Shown here piece after piece: positions 11,772-23,225 of a stretch of DNA of 64,000 nt (positions within the stretch are counted from its first letter, which is position 1; every line of letters begins with the position of its first letter). Below the pieces are notes generated by a model that saw only the letters and a list, made by a program, of their open reading frames with translations, made no database searches and was not told the origin of the DNA. This stretch comes from Macrostomum lignano (Eukaryota), in assembly GCA_002269645.1 (NCBI GenBank), contig NIVC01000594.1, forward strand, positions 310,001 through 374,000, read 5' to 3'. Both the position numbers and the translations under genes were made by a program.

Positions 11772-12243
11772 CTTCTCCAACCCAAGGCGCGATTTCAGTA
11801 ATGAATGCAGCGTTTACTTTCAGTGGTTAGAGCAAGAATTTCTGTAAATTATCTGCGATTGAAAGTCAAATTATTTGCTTTACTACGAGGGAAATTTCTA
11901 ATATAGTTTCTTTTCAAAAACCATAAAATGAAGAGACTTGTTAGATTGGAAAGATTTTTTGGACGATAGTTTTTCAGATATACAATAAATAATAGCTTCT
12001 AATTTCTTATAACAAACACTGTCGATAAGTTTTGTTCATTTTTTATATCTTTACAAACCCGTTTCACGGTTTTTCAGGCTCGTTGTACTTATTGATACAC
12101 GCTCGCAAAGCAAAGAATTCTCTACTTTGCTCCTGCCCTCTATCAGATGTGACTATTTCGGCAGTGCCTACAGTTTGCTCAGTGCCGTACGCAGCAGTTT
12201 AATTTGATGAGGCCCGCAAGCCTAAGGGCCAATATTTGGCGTC
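11772..12243. repeat. Second copy of the CYP spacer block (matches 1-470)
   Basis: Direct alignment by eye to 1-470. Confidence 0.95.
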
Positions 12244-12443
12244 TTGGTGGGCGCTCCTGTCTCATGGCTGGCGCCCCTGTCTCTTGGTGGGCGCCCCTGT
12301 CTCTTGGTGGGCGTCCCTGTCTCATGGTTGGCGCCCGTCTCTTGGTTGGCGCCCCTGTCTCTTGGTGGGCGCCCCTGCCTCTTGGTGGGCTCCCCTGCCT
12401 CTTGGTGGGCGCCCCTGTCTCTTGGTGGGCGTCCCTGTCTCTG
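12240..12443 (+). repeat. 20-bp minisatellite (same family as 476-893), without the LINE
   Basis: About 10 units of cttggtgggcgcccctgtct. Confidence 0.95.
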
Positions 12444-12469
12444 GCCATCTGCGCAGATGGCTCGCAGAT

Positions 12470-12739
12470 GAAAAGTTTGTCGAATCCGACACCTCTTGCA
12501 GTTTTTTAGGTCTTACACTGGTAATTGAAGTTATTATAGAGCCATTGTAGTGAAGGTCTTGAAGACCAACGGCACACAAAACATCGTCATTTTGATATTC
12601 GAGCTATTTCATGTGGTTTGGAATTTGTCTGATACTGACGGCTGGACGCAGCAGTCCCGCATCGTCTTGCCGGACGGTGTCGATCGCTGTAATCGCGGAA
12701 GTCAGAAACTTTGTTGAAAACACCAGGCTGACTCGTTGG
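12470..12739. repeat. Copy of block 8299-8603 with a 34-bp deletion
   Basis: Colinear with 8299-8603; aataaaatcggtgttacattttcgcccgatggac is missing. Confidence 0.92.
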
Positions 12740-12740
12740 C

Positions 12741-12812
12741 GTGCCCCTGCTTCTTGGTGGGCGTCCCTGTCTCTTGGTGGGCGCCCCTGTCTCTTGGTGG
12801 GCGCCCCTGTCC
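12741..12812 (+). repeat. Short array of the 20-bp minisatellite fused to the CYP fragment
   Basis: About 3.5 units ending in cccctgtcc-tgtctc. Confidence 0.9.
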
Positions 12813-12995
12813 TGTCTCGGAGAGGTGCTAGCTCGCATGGAGGTGTTCTTGTTCTTCGTGACCTTCATGCAGCACTTCCGATTCGAAGCGGACTCGTGGA
12901 CTGCGGAGCAGCGGGAGCAGATCCTGCTGGGCACTGAGGGCGTCGTCCATGCGACCATTGAGCACCAGCTGAAGGTGGCGAGCCGCAACAAATAG
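12813..12995 (+). pseudogene. CYP2-clan 3' fragment (copy C), beginning at the heme-ligand Cys codon
   Basis: Reads CLGEVLARMEVFLFFVTFMQHFRFEADSWTAEQREQILLGTEGVVHATIEHQLKVASRNK*, nearly identical to exon 2 of A/B/D. Everything 5' of the Cys is replaced by satellite. Confidence 0.93.
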
Positions 12996-14914
12996 CGGTT
13001 CACAGTGTCACAAACTAATTTCATAGACGAAGGTTTTTGACGACTCGAGCTTTAAAAAGGAAAGACGCTGTAGTTCCCATATTTAATTGTTTACTCACAG
13101 CACAATTTTGGCCTATTGTGTTTGGGCTGGTACCTTTCTTACCCTTGTCGTGAAATCGTCTGATAACGCGAAGAAGTAAATGATAAAATATTCATGTCGT
13201 AAACCTCTTGCTGAATAATTTCTAAATCTAAAACTTCGCTCTTAGTTTAATGTATCTGTTTTATATTTGTTGTGCGATAATTAAAATTCTATTATTTGAC
13301 TTATTAAATATTTAATAAGCTTTGGCATGCGGTGTCAACAATAAAAATTACACGTCAAAGTATGCATCATGTTTAACAGCTAATCAAAGGTTTATCAAGC
13401 TATCATTTACAATGAAAATATATACGAGCTAGTTCTGTCACCACGATTATCCGTATATGATTCAGTATGATTCAGGGGTAAAAGAATCACGAGGATGCAT
13501 TATCCATACATCCTGATTACAAACTGGTTGATAAACGTCACACTTGGTTTTGATGTTTTTTTCGACTGGTATTTTCTGCTTTACAGAAATGGAAAAACTG
13601 TAGCAGTGCCCTAGCTTGTGCCGCCGACTTTTGGCATCAAATAACGGTGAGCAGACACAATCAAAACATAGAGAGGAGCAGGAGCGAGAAGCCCATGTCT
13701 TCTTTCCAGTACATTCTATAACGAGCAAAACGTACTTCAAGCAGAGGGAAGAGAGGGAAAGGTCAACTGAGTGCAGCGTTTGACAGAATTATTGTTTTAA
13801 ATCACGCGCAGACTGCATGACTGACTGACTGAGCATCTTCCGCTCTTGCAAATCTCTTTCTATGAATATTTTTAGAACATAAAAAAATCTGGGGTGAAGT
13901 GTTTTATCACGAATAACGCGCGTGTCGCCTGCTCAAGTCTTTTTCGGACTTTTCTTACACTGTTATTTGAATTCAGGTCATATTAGGACAGCTAATGTTA
14001 TACGAGCCGTAATCGTCAATGACGTTGCTTCACTTCCCTAAGTAGGGGATTGCTCGTAGCTGTTGCTGCATGGGTATATTATTCTCCTAGAAATGATGCA
14101 GGTACAACCATCAGTCTAGCTAACAAGCCAGCATCAATAACTGTGTGAGACCCTATTGTAAGCTAATCTGGCTTACAAAGGATGCTGACAAATCCTTTTA
14201 GTCTTTGTCACCTGAGCTGCAGTACCTGCAGGGAACGTTTGGGGTACTTGGAGAAGCAACTGGGACGTGTGGGTTATAAAATAGATGCTCTCAGTGGGTA
14301 TCTCCTTTCAAGTGTCTTTTGGTGCGAGGCTTACAGCTTACAGCTCTCTCTACAGCCTACAGATGTTGCAGTTCACCCCAATCTATACAGTATACAGATT
14401 CCGACTCTTGACTCAAATTTATTTATATCTAAATCAAGTTTTCAAAGAGGAATAGACTGCTATTTTATCTTCATGTTCTCTTAGGCTTGGTAGGCAGTGA
14501 ATGATAATAGACTCCGTATTGGGTCGCCTACGTCTGATTCGACCCAACAATTCGAGCTGATAATGCTATGAAATCAAGAAAACAGATAACAGACGAGAAT
14601 ACTCAAAAAGCTTGATTTAAGATTTAGGCAAAGTGACGAAGACAAAAACAGAAGCATTTGGAGGACAAAAAGCACGGTCGAGGGTGTGCGGCACCGCTAA
14701 CAGAGCACAAATTAAGTAGAGGGTTAAAAGGCCAGTCGCCATGCACAGCCTATAGCCGCCCACAAAGCCCCCTCAAGTTTCAAACAAACCACACCATTTT
14801 TCTGCCCATTGCGTCTGTTTTAATGCGACCTTTGCTCCTGGCGTAACTGCAGAGTATATTAGTGGGCTGGAGAAGCGCACAACTTTTTATAAGTCTCATA
14901 AGGCAGTAATTAGA

Positions 14915-16534
14915 ATGCTGGAGACAGCTGCAATCGTTGCAGCCGTTGTAGGCCTGATCGTCTGCACCTATGCCTACGCTAAGCGAGCTCTCAGCAAGTC
15001 GCCTCCGGGCCCTGTCGGCATTCCTGGCTTTGGCCTGCTCCCGCTAGTCATGTGGCGAACTGCCACCAACAAGAGCCACCGATTCTATTTGCTGATGCAG
15101 GAGATTCAACGGAAGTACGGCGACTTGGCTTCATTTCCTCTAGGAACTCAGGAGCTTGTCCTGGTTTCCGGATACGAAACCATGCGTGAAATGTTCGCAA
15201 TGAACACGGATAAGTTCAATGGTCGGCCAACTACAAACTTTCATAAATTTATGTTTAAGGACGCTGGCATCATTGGCTCCGAGGGCGCTCTGTGGCAGGA
15301 GCACAGACGCTTTGCTCTTCGCGTTCTCAAGGACTTCGGGTTCGGTCGGAACGCCTCAGAATTGCAGATTCAAGAGGAGGCTGGGCAATTGGTGAAATTT
15401 TTGAGTTCTAAGGACGGTCAGCTGGTCGATACTCGAGACTTCATCGGCAAAGCCGTGGCCAATGTGGTCAGTCGTTTCATCTTCTCCAACTTTAGCAGCT
15501 ATGAGGACTCGAACTTCAATGAGTTTTTAAAAAACCTCGGAGGTGTGACAAACCAAAATGTTGTGGGCTTGATTACGGCATTTTATCGGTTCATGCCAGT
15601 CGAAACGGCGCTCGCCTTGTCGCCAACAAACAGAAAACAGTTTGATGCCATCACTTGGATCGAAGACCTTAGCCAACGAAAAGTGGAGGAGATCCGCAGC
15701 ACGTACAATGTCGACGAGCCCAGCAACTATGTGGAGGCTTATCTGCAAGAGCAGCACAGACGGGGCGTCGACCTGGGAACATTCACTGACTTCCAGCTGG
15801 TGAAGACTATCTGGGAGCTGTACATCGCAGGCGTCGACACGACTAGCAACACCCTCTGTTGGAGTCTGATTTACGCGGCGCTGAACCCGGAGCTGCAGGA
15901 CCGCTGCCACGCTGAGATCATGGCCAAGATTGGCAAGCGACAAGCCAGCCTGAAGGACAAGAAGGAGCTGCACTACTGCCAGGCGTTTCTGGACGAGTGT
16001 CAACGCATTTCTACTCTTGTTCCGATGTCTGTCGACCACAGAGCTATTGGGGTTAGTTGGGGCATGGGATCGTAGACTAAAATTATATTATCTGCTTTTT
16101 GAAAAATTACTGAAAGTAAACTGCTAGATAAGGAAATGAACTTAAAAATCCTCAACTGTGCACAGGACACGGAGTTCCGCGGCTATAAAATTTCCTCTGG
16201 CTCAATAATATTCGTCAACCTTTACGGACTCCACCATGACGAGCGCTACTTCCCCAAACCGGACATGTTCGACCCCGACCGCTTCCTCACTCCGGACGGT
16301 CAGTACAAGCCGTCGGAGTATTTGAATCAATTCGGAGTCGGCAAGCGCTCGTGTCTCGGAGAGGTTCTGGCTCGCATGGAGGTGTTCTTGTTCTTCGTGA
16401 CCTTCATGCAGCACTTCCGATTCGAAGCGGACTCGTGGACTGCGGAGCAGCGGGAGCAGATCCTGCTGGGCACTGAGGGCGGTATTCACGGAACCATTGA
16501 ACACCGGCTAAAGGTAACGAGCCGAGACAACTAG
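14915..16534 (+). CDS. Cytochrome P450, CYP2 clan, copy D; join(14915..16051,16166..16534), 501 aa
   Basis: Full motif set, heme motif FGVGKRSCLG. GT-AG intron 16052-16165 gives HRAIG|DTEF. Confidence 0.96.
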
Positions 16535-16959
16535 CGGGACAATTGCGCACAATGTTACACGAGCAGAACTGGAACTGATGCCTGACTTTTGGGTTTTTGA
16601 GATTCAGACTTTGCGTGTTGTCTATCGCTCAAGCCGTCTTTATTCTTTAGGCTTTTAACCTAGTATGACTTTTTGTTACTAGGCACGACAAAAGCAACAA
16701 AATTATTTTAACTCGATATATCAACCTAATATTGGTAATTATCCATTAACTTTATCCTAATATAGATAATAGTACAAAAGTACGAAGTATAAAATTTACG
16801 AAAGCGATGTGACTCTTTAGATAGAAATGGGTTTGCTTCCGACCTGAAATCCAGACTGCTCAATCGTCCATGGGATGTGACGCCGAATTACAATGTTGAG
16901 TATAGCTTATTCCTTAGCCTTAACACTTTTCAACGATCCTCACTTTTTCCCAACCCGAC

Positions 16960-17180
16960 CAAGAAGTGGGGGCGATTTCCCTATTTAGTGAAGATTTATA
17001 GAAACTTGTTTCGTAGAAGCATTTGCAAAACGCACCAAATGTGTCTGGTATTCCTCATCAGCTCATCCAGCTTAGCTCTCTTCACGCAGAGCATAACCGC
17101 GGGAAACCATTGCTCCTTCCATCGTTTAACTCCTCTGCACATCCAGCAGCATGTTGCACGAGAGCTTCTTCTATCTCATT
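16960..17180 (-). mobile_element. Possible degenerate THAP-domain relic of a DNA transposon
   Basis: Minus-strand translation with stops gives ..GC..GFPR..R..W..CKCF.ETSF..LNREIAPT, loosely resembling THAP (C-x-C..FP..W..CxxHF..AVPT). Weak. Confidence 0.25.
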
Positions 17181-17779
17181 TGTGGATAGACCACTAAACA
17201 TCTAACTAAGAATGCGTTTGAAGCACCGATACTATAAACACTTTATAGTATAGATGTTTTAGTATTTAATGTTTATAGTATCTGTGGTTTGAAGTGGATC
17301 AAATGAATTACGAGCTCCTTCACTTGTTTTTCAGAGTCCGAAGTCAGCCAAGTCTTTCTTATTTGAACAAATGGGGAAATGGGCTGAAATCTGTAGTCTA
17401 CCGCAAATACCGTGCTCCATTATATAATTATCTTCGTAGGCAACTTATTAGGAAATAGTTTTCACTGCTTTAAGAAAATTTATGTACTACACTCCAAAGT
17501 ATATACTCTACCGTAAATCCAACAAATCTCTATGTAGCTTGTACGAGCCCTGGACCGCTCATTTTGTCCACCATGCACCAACCCCTATCCCCAGGGTTTT
17601 TCTCTCTCGATTCAGCCTCCAATCTGAATAAACGCTCAGCCAATGGCGAATGAGCTACACACAGATTCTCGCAAAATCTCGCGAGATTCGAGCCTTTCTC
17701 GCGAACCCAACTGTATTACCTGTTCATTAACTCCCACGAAATATAAAGCGTTTGGAAACCAAAACCCTAACTTCTTTGT

Positions 17780-18710
17780 CAACTGCCAAGGTGAAGGTCG
17801 TTGTCAATTGTCAAGGTAAAGGTCGTTGTCAACTGTCAAGGTGAAGGTCGTTGTCAATTGTCAAGGTGAAGGTCATTGTCAACTGTCAAGGTGAAGGTCG
17901 TTGTCTATTGTCAAGGTAAAGGTCGTTGTCAACTGTCAAGGTGAAGGTCGTTGTCAATTGTCAAGGTGAAGGTCATTGTCAACTGTCAAGGTGAAGGTCG
18001 TTGTCTATTGTCAAGGTAAAGGTCGTTGTCAACTGTCAAGGTGAAGGTCGTTGTCAATTGTCAAGGTGAAGGTCATTGTCAACTGTCAAGGTGAAGGTCG
18101 TTGTCTATTGTCAAGGTAAAGGTCGTTGTCAACTGTCAAGGTAAAGGTCGTTGTCAACTGTCAAGGTGAAGGTCGTTGTCTATTGTCAAGGTAAAGGTCG
18201 TTGTCAACTGTCAAGGTGAAGGTCGTTGTCAATTGTCAAGGTGAAGGTCATTGTCAACTGTCAAGGTGAAGGTCGTTGTCTATTGTCAAGGTAAAGGTCG
18301 TTGTCAACTGTCAAGGTAAAGGTCGTTGTCAACTGTCAAGGTGAAGGTCGTTGTCTATTGTCAAGGTAAAGGTCGTTGTCAACTGTCAAGGTAAAGGTCG
18401 TTGTCAACTGTCAAGGTGAAGGTCGTTGTCTATTGTCAAGGTAAAGGTCGTTGTCAACTGTCAAGGTGAAGGTCGTTGTCAATTGTCAAGGTGAAGGTCA
18501 TTGTCAACTGTCAAGGTGAAGGTCGTTGTCTATTGTCAAGGTAAAGGTCGTTGTCAACTGTCAAGGTGAAGGTCGTTGTCTATTGTCAAGGTAAAGGTCG
18601 TTGTCAACTGTCAAGGTGAAGGTCGTTGTCAACTGTCAAGGTGAAGGTTGTTGTCAATTGTCAAGGTGAAGGTCCTTTTCGCTTGTCAAGGTGAAGGTCC
18701 TTGTCAACTG
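17780..18710 (+). repeat. 25-bp minisatellite, consensus AAGGTGAAGGTCGTTGTCAACTGTC
   Basis: About 37 tandem units with recurring variant blocks. Confidence 0.97.
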
Positions 18711-19661
18711 TAAATGTAGTTCTGCCTTTAAATTAAAAGAATCTAAGCGCTTCTAACCAGATACCTTCTGGGTGAGTCTTTAGAAAAGAATGAAATGAAA
18801 TGACGAAAGCAAGCCTTAATTTAGAATAGTTGCTACGGTTAAACACACTAACGATCTCGTACGAGCATATATTCGGGAGAACACAATTGTCAATTCTCGT
18901 AGCACAATCGATACATCAATAAACAAATAGAAAAAACAAAGCGATAACATAAAAAATAACATTTGTAAATGTAAAAAAACCTTTCAGTGTGACTTCAATC
19001 GACAAAAAAGCAACGGTACTCGTAGAAGACCCGAAAATGATAGACAACTACTCAAGAAAACGGGCAATGAAAATCTGGTGGCAAAATCGTGGATAGACAA
19101 AGTAGGCTAAAAAAGAGAGGACTAGACAGCAGAACAGATCGGGCGGAGCTCGCCTTAGCGAGACAAAAAACACAAAAAATGTCGAAGGTAGGAAAAAAGT
19201 GGCAAGAGGAGAGAAACAGCGAAGGATTGCAACGCTTACAGTATATTATATAACAAAGAAACGCTTAACAACGCGCGCGAGGCAAGAATTTCGGGATTCC
19301 GAATCGTTTGCCAAGCTGACTACTTGTAGTAGGCAAAAAAGAGTGTGCGGAACGCTTTAATCAATTGCTTCGGGAGTGGAAAAACACAAAACGCGAGCGC
19401 AAAGCTGAAACGCAAAAACGTCAAATTATATATTTTTTAAAGCGAGGAAAAAACGGAGAAATTCTCGTGAATTCCGAGTCGGATTCTTATTTATTATTTT
19501 TACTACAAATAACATTGATTGCTAATTGATTTTTTTGGTTAGAAAATAGATAAAGTATGACAAAACAAGTTTTGCCTTTTTACGAGCATTGAAAACGACG
19601 CATTGATTTGCAATTTACAAATTTGGACTCAAGAAGAAAAATCTTTGTTTCGAATCTTGGC

Positions 19662-20311
19662 TCTGACTAATCAGAGAGTCGCTAGTGAGTCTCACGTCTG
19701 CTTTGACCAATCAGAGAGTCGCTAGCGAGTCTAACCTCTGCTCTGACCAATCAGAGAGTCGCTAGCGAGTCTCAACTCTGCTCCTGACCAATCAGAGTGT
19801 CGCTAGCAAGTCTCACCTCTGCTCTGACCAATTAGAGAGTCGCTAGCGAGTCTCAACTCTTCTCTGACCAATCAGAGAGTCGCTAGCGAGTCTCACCTCT
19901 GCTCTGACCAATCAGAGAGTCGCTAGCGAGTCTCACCTCTGCTCTGACCAATCAGAGAGTCGCTGGCCAGTCTCACCTCTGCTCTGACCAATCAGAGAGT
20001 CGCTGGCCAGTCTCACCTCTGCTCTGACCAATCAGAGAGTCGCTGGCCAGTCTCACCTCTGCTCTGACCAATCAGAGAGTAGCTGGCCAGTCTCACCTCT
20101 GCTCTGACCAATCAGAGAGTCGCTGGCCAGTCTCACCTCTGCTCTGACCAATCAGAGAGTCGCTGGCCAGTCTCACCTCTGCTCTGACCAATCAGAGAGT
20201 CGCTGGCCAGTCTCACCTCTGCTCTGACCAATCAGAGAGTCGCTGGCCAGTCTCACCTCTGCTCTGACCAATCAGAGAGTCGCTGGCCAGTCTCACCTCT
20301 GCTCTGACCAA
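19662..20311 (+). repeat. 40-bp minisatellite carrying a CCAAT box (GCTCTGACCAATCAGAGAGTCGCTGGCCAGTCTCACCTCT)
   Basis: About 16 tandem units. The 3' units are homogeneous and the 5' units carry a GCTAGC variant. Confidence 0.97.
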
Positions 20312-20399
20312 CACTAGCACCAATGCTAACTGCTCCAGAGCGAATACTTACAGAACGAATGAATTATGGATGAAAATCAGCTGATTAAAAACCAAAGCC

Positions 20400-21089
20400 T
20401 CACAGGTCAGTCCGCTCGGGGTGCATGCAGGACGTGTATGACGGCGCCATCGTGGTGGACACCTCATCCATAGCGCTCACGCTGTCCTGCTGGCCAGTGC
20501 GCGGCCTGCCAGCGAATCTTGACGAGCTGCCGGCGCCGCCGCCTCGACGAACGAAAATTGGCCGACGCGAGCCTGGCGAGCTGCCCGCGACTGCAGCGTG
20601 GCCGCCTCCGCCGCCGGCAAAGTTCAACGCCGGCTCGAGTTCCACAGCCGAGCCGCCGTAGCCGCCGGGGTGGCTGCCGCTGCCGCTAGCGCTCACGTTG
20701 CCGCTGATGCAGCCGTTGCCGCACCACTTGCAGCGCTGCTGCTGCTGCTGCTGGTCTCGCTGCCGCTGGCGCCTCAGCTGGTGCGGGTGATACCACTGCC
20801 GGCTGTCCTGCTGCTCCAGCTCCGGACTGCTCACCGGCCGATGACAGCACCGACGCATGCAAGCGATTCTCTGACGACGAAAGACGCTGTCCAAAGCCAA
20901 GGCAAGCAGCACAATCAGGCCGGCTCCCAGCACGGCTACGAATACATGAGTCTGCGAGATCTCAGCTAGGCTGGTGGCCTCCCCGCCGCCTTTGCTACCC
21001 GGCTGGACTGTGCTGGTGCTAGCATTTGGCTGCTTGGAGAATCCAGCCAGATGCACCAGCATGATCTGACAGTCTTGGCGATGACGGAT
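20400..21089 (-). CDS. Probable terminal exon of an unrecognised single-pass membrane protein
   Basis: GC-rich 229-codon open frame behind a polypyrimidine-CAG acceptor (tttcctgcttccag|). Contains a TM helix (VFVAVLGAGLIVLLALAL), a basic stop-transfer RRQR, and a Q/G/S-rich tail ending PERTDL*. Upstream exons were not identified. Confidence 0.65.
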   Translation of the reverse strand: MRHRQDCQIMLVHLAGFSKQPNASTSTVQPGSKGGGEATSLAEISQTHVFVAVLGAGLIVLLALALDSVFRRQRIACMRRCCHRPVSSPELEQQDSRQWYHPHQLRRQRQRDQQQQQQRCKWCGNGCISGNVSASGSGSHPGGYGGSAVELEPALNFAGGGGGHAAVAGSSPGSRRPIFVRRGGGAGSSSRFAGRPRTGQQDSVSAMDEVSTTMAPSYTSCMHPERTDL

Positions 21090-21267
21090 CTGGAAGCAGG
21101 AAACAGAGCAAACAGGATACATTTGAGGGGGTGCAAACAAACGAAATTTGGCTTGGATCATGCGGGCGGAAATGGTACGACAGGATGGGGGAGCTGAGAG
21201 GCAGATTCTCCAGCACTGATGGGGGATAAGACTGGGTCTGCTGGCAGGAGTGGAATTCCAAAAGGCT

Positions 21268-21806
21268 GTCTGCCTGTCTGTGTGTCTGTCTGTCTGTCTG
21301 TCTGTCTGTGTCTGTCTGTCTGTCCGACTGTCTATCTGCCTTAGTGTCTGTCTGTCTATCTGCCTTAGTGTCTGTCTTTCTGTCTATCTGCCTTAGTGTC
21401 TGTCTGTCTGTCTATCTGCCTTAGTGTCTGTCTGTCTATCTGCCTTAGTGTCTGTCTGTCTGTCTATCTGCCTTAGTGTCTGTCTGACTGTCTATTTGCC
21501 TTAGTGTCTGTCTGTCTATCTGCCTTAGTGTCTGTCTGTCTGTCTATCTGCCATAGTGTCTGTCTGACTGTCTATTTGCCTTAGTGTCTGTCTGTCTATC
21601 TGCCTTAGTGTCTGTCCTGTCTGTCTATCTGCGTTAGTGTCTGTCTGACTGTCTATTTGCCTTAGTGTCTGTCTGTCTATCTGCCTTAGTGTCTGTCTGT
21701 CTGTCTATCTGCGTTAGTGTCTGTCTGACTGTCTATTTGCCTTAGTGTCTGTCTGTCTATCTGCCTTAGTGTCTGTCCTGTCTGTCTGTCTGTCTGCCTG
21801 TCTGTC
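21268..21806 (+). repeat. (TCTG)n-derived micro/minisatellite with TCTATCTGCCTTAGTG variant units
   Basis: Direct reading. Confidence 0.95.
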
Positions 21807-22429
21807 TAGCAGAGGCAGATACTCAAGCACTGATGAACCACATATATCTAAAGCAGAATCAGGAAAAGTATTACCGAAGCAGAAAGCTATCCAAAACGCA
21901 GACTTGTCGCTATGTCAGCAGAGCACAAGAAGCCAGCAGCAGCAAGCAAGATGATGCTCCACACAGCTTTAAAAATATATATATCCTCTTTCAAAAGAGA
22001 AGTATAGACGATTTTGAAAGGCCTAAAGAAGGATTAGGAGCAGGATTCGAGAGTGGCTTCGAGTGTGCGACAGACAGACGCGGGCGGTGAACAGGGCGGG
22101 ATAGGGGAGGAAAGGGGTGGCAGAGAGGCAGGACTGACCAGCCAGTTTGTCTGCCTGAGCAGGTTTGAGCAGCAGGGAGCCCTGTCAGGAGCTGGCCTGG
22201 ATGTTGTCCCTTCCCCCATTCCTGGCAGCTGGCCTGCAGTTTTGGCAGCTGCCTTTTTAAAACGGCTCACTGGACGCAGAATTGGCACAGGACTTTTTTC
22301 TCACACTTTCCCTCCGAGATTTCTCTTGGATCTACTAGAGCGGAAGTGCCCGGCAGAATTTTTTATTATAAAAAATCGAACTTGTGAATGAAACAAACAT
22401 TTCAATTCGTTTGAAAATTTAAATTTTTA

Positions 22430-23225
22430 AGCTTGTGAATATTCGAGCTTGTGAGAATTCGATCTCGTGAAGATTTGAGCCTGTGAAGATTCGATCTTGT
22501 GAAGATTTGAGCCTGTGAAGATTCGATCTTGTGAAGATTTGAGCTTGTGAAGATTTGATCCTGTGAAGATTCGATCTTGTGAAGATTGGTGATTGTGAAG
22601 ATTCGATCTTGTGAAGATTGGTGATTGTGAAGATTCGATCTTGTGAAGATTGGTGATTGTGAAGATTCGATCTTGTGAAGATTTGAGATTGTGAAGATTG
22701 GTGATTGTGAAGATTCGATCTTGTGAAGATTCGAGCTTGTGAAGATTGATGATTGTAAAGATTCGATCTTGTGAAGATTGGTGATTGTTAAGATTCGATC
22801 TTGTGAAGATTGGTGATTGTGAAGATTCGATCTTGTGAAGATTGGTGATTGTGAAGATTCAATCTTGTGAAGATTGGTGATTGTGAAGATTCGATCTTGT
22901 GAAGATTGGTGATTGTGAAAATTCGATCTTGTGAAGATTTGAGATTGTGAAGATTGGTGATTGTGAAGATTCAATCTTGTGAAGATTGGTGATTGTGAAG
23001 ATTCGATCTTGTGAAGATTGGTGATTGTGAAGATTCGATCTTGTGAAGATTGGTGATTGTGAAAATTCGATCTTGTGAAGATTTGAGATTGTGAAGATTG
23101 GTGATTGTGAAGATTGGTGATTGTGAAGATTCGATCTTGTGAAGATCAAATCTTGTGAAGATTCGATCTTGTGAAGATTCGATCTTGTGAAGATTCGATC
23201 CTGTGAAGCTTCGAGCTTGTGAAGT
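22430..23225 (+). repeat. 16-bp minisatellite (TGTGAAGATTCGATCT / TGTGAAGATTGGTGAT)
   Basis: About 50 units of two interspersed subtypes. Confidence 0.96.

Noticed and set aside
6347-16039. Three conserved antisense ORFs of about 171 aa inside the CYP exons
   Set aside because: They are shadows of near-identical CYP coding sequence with biased codon usage; no independent evidence.
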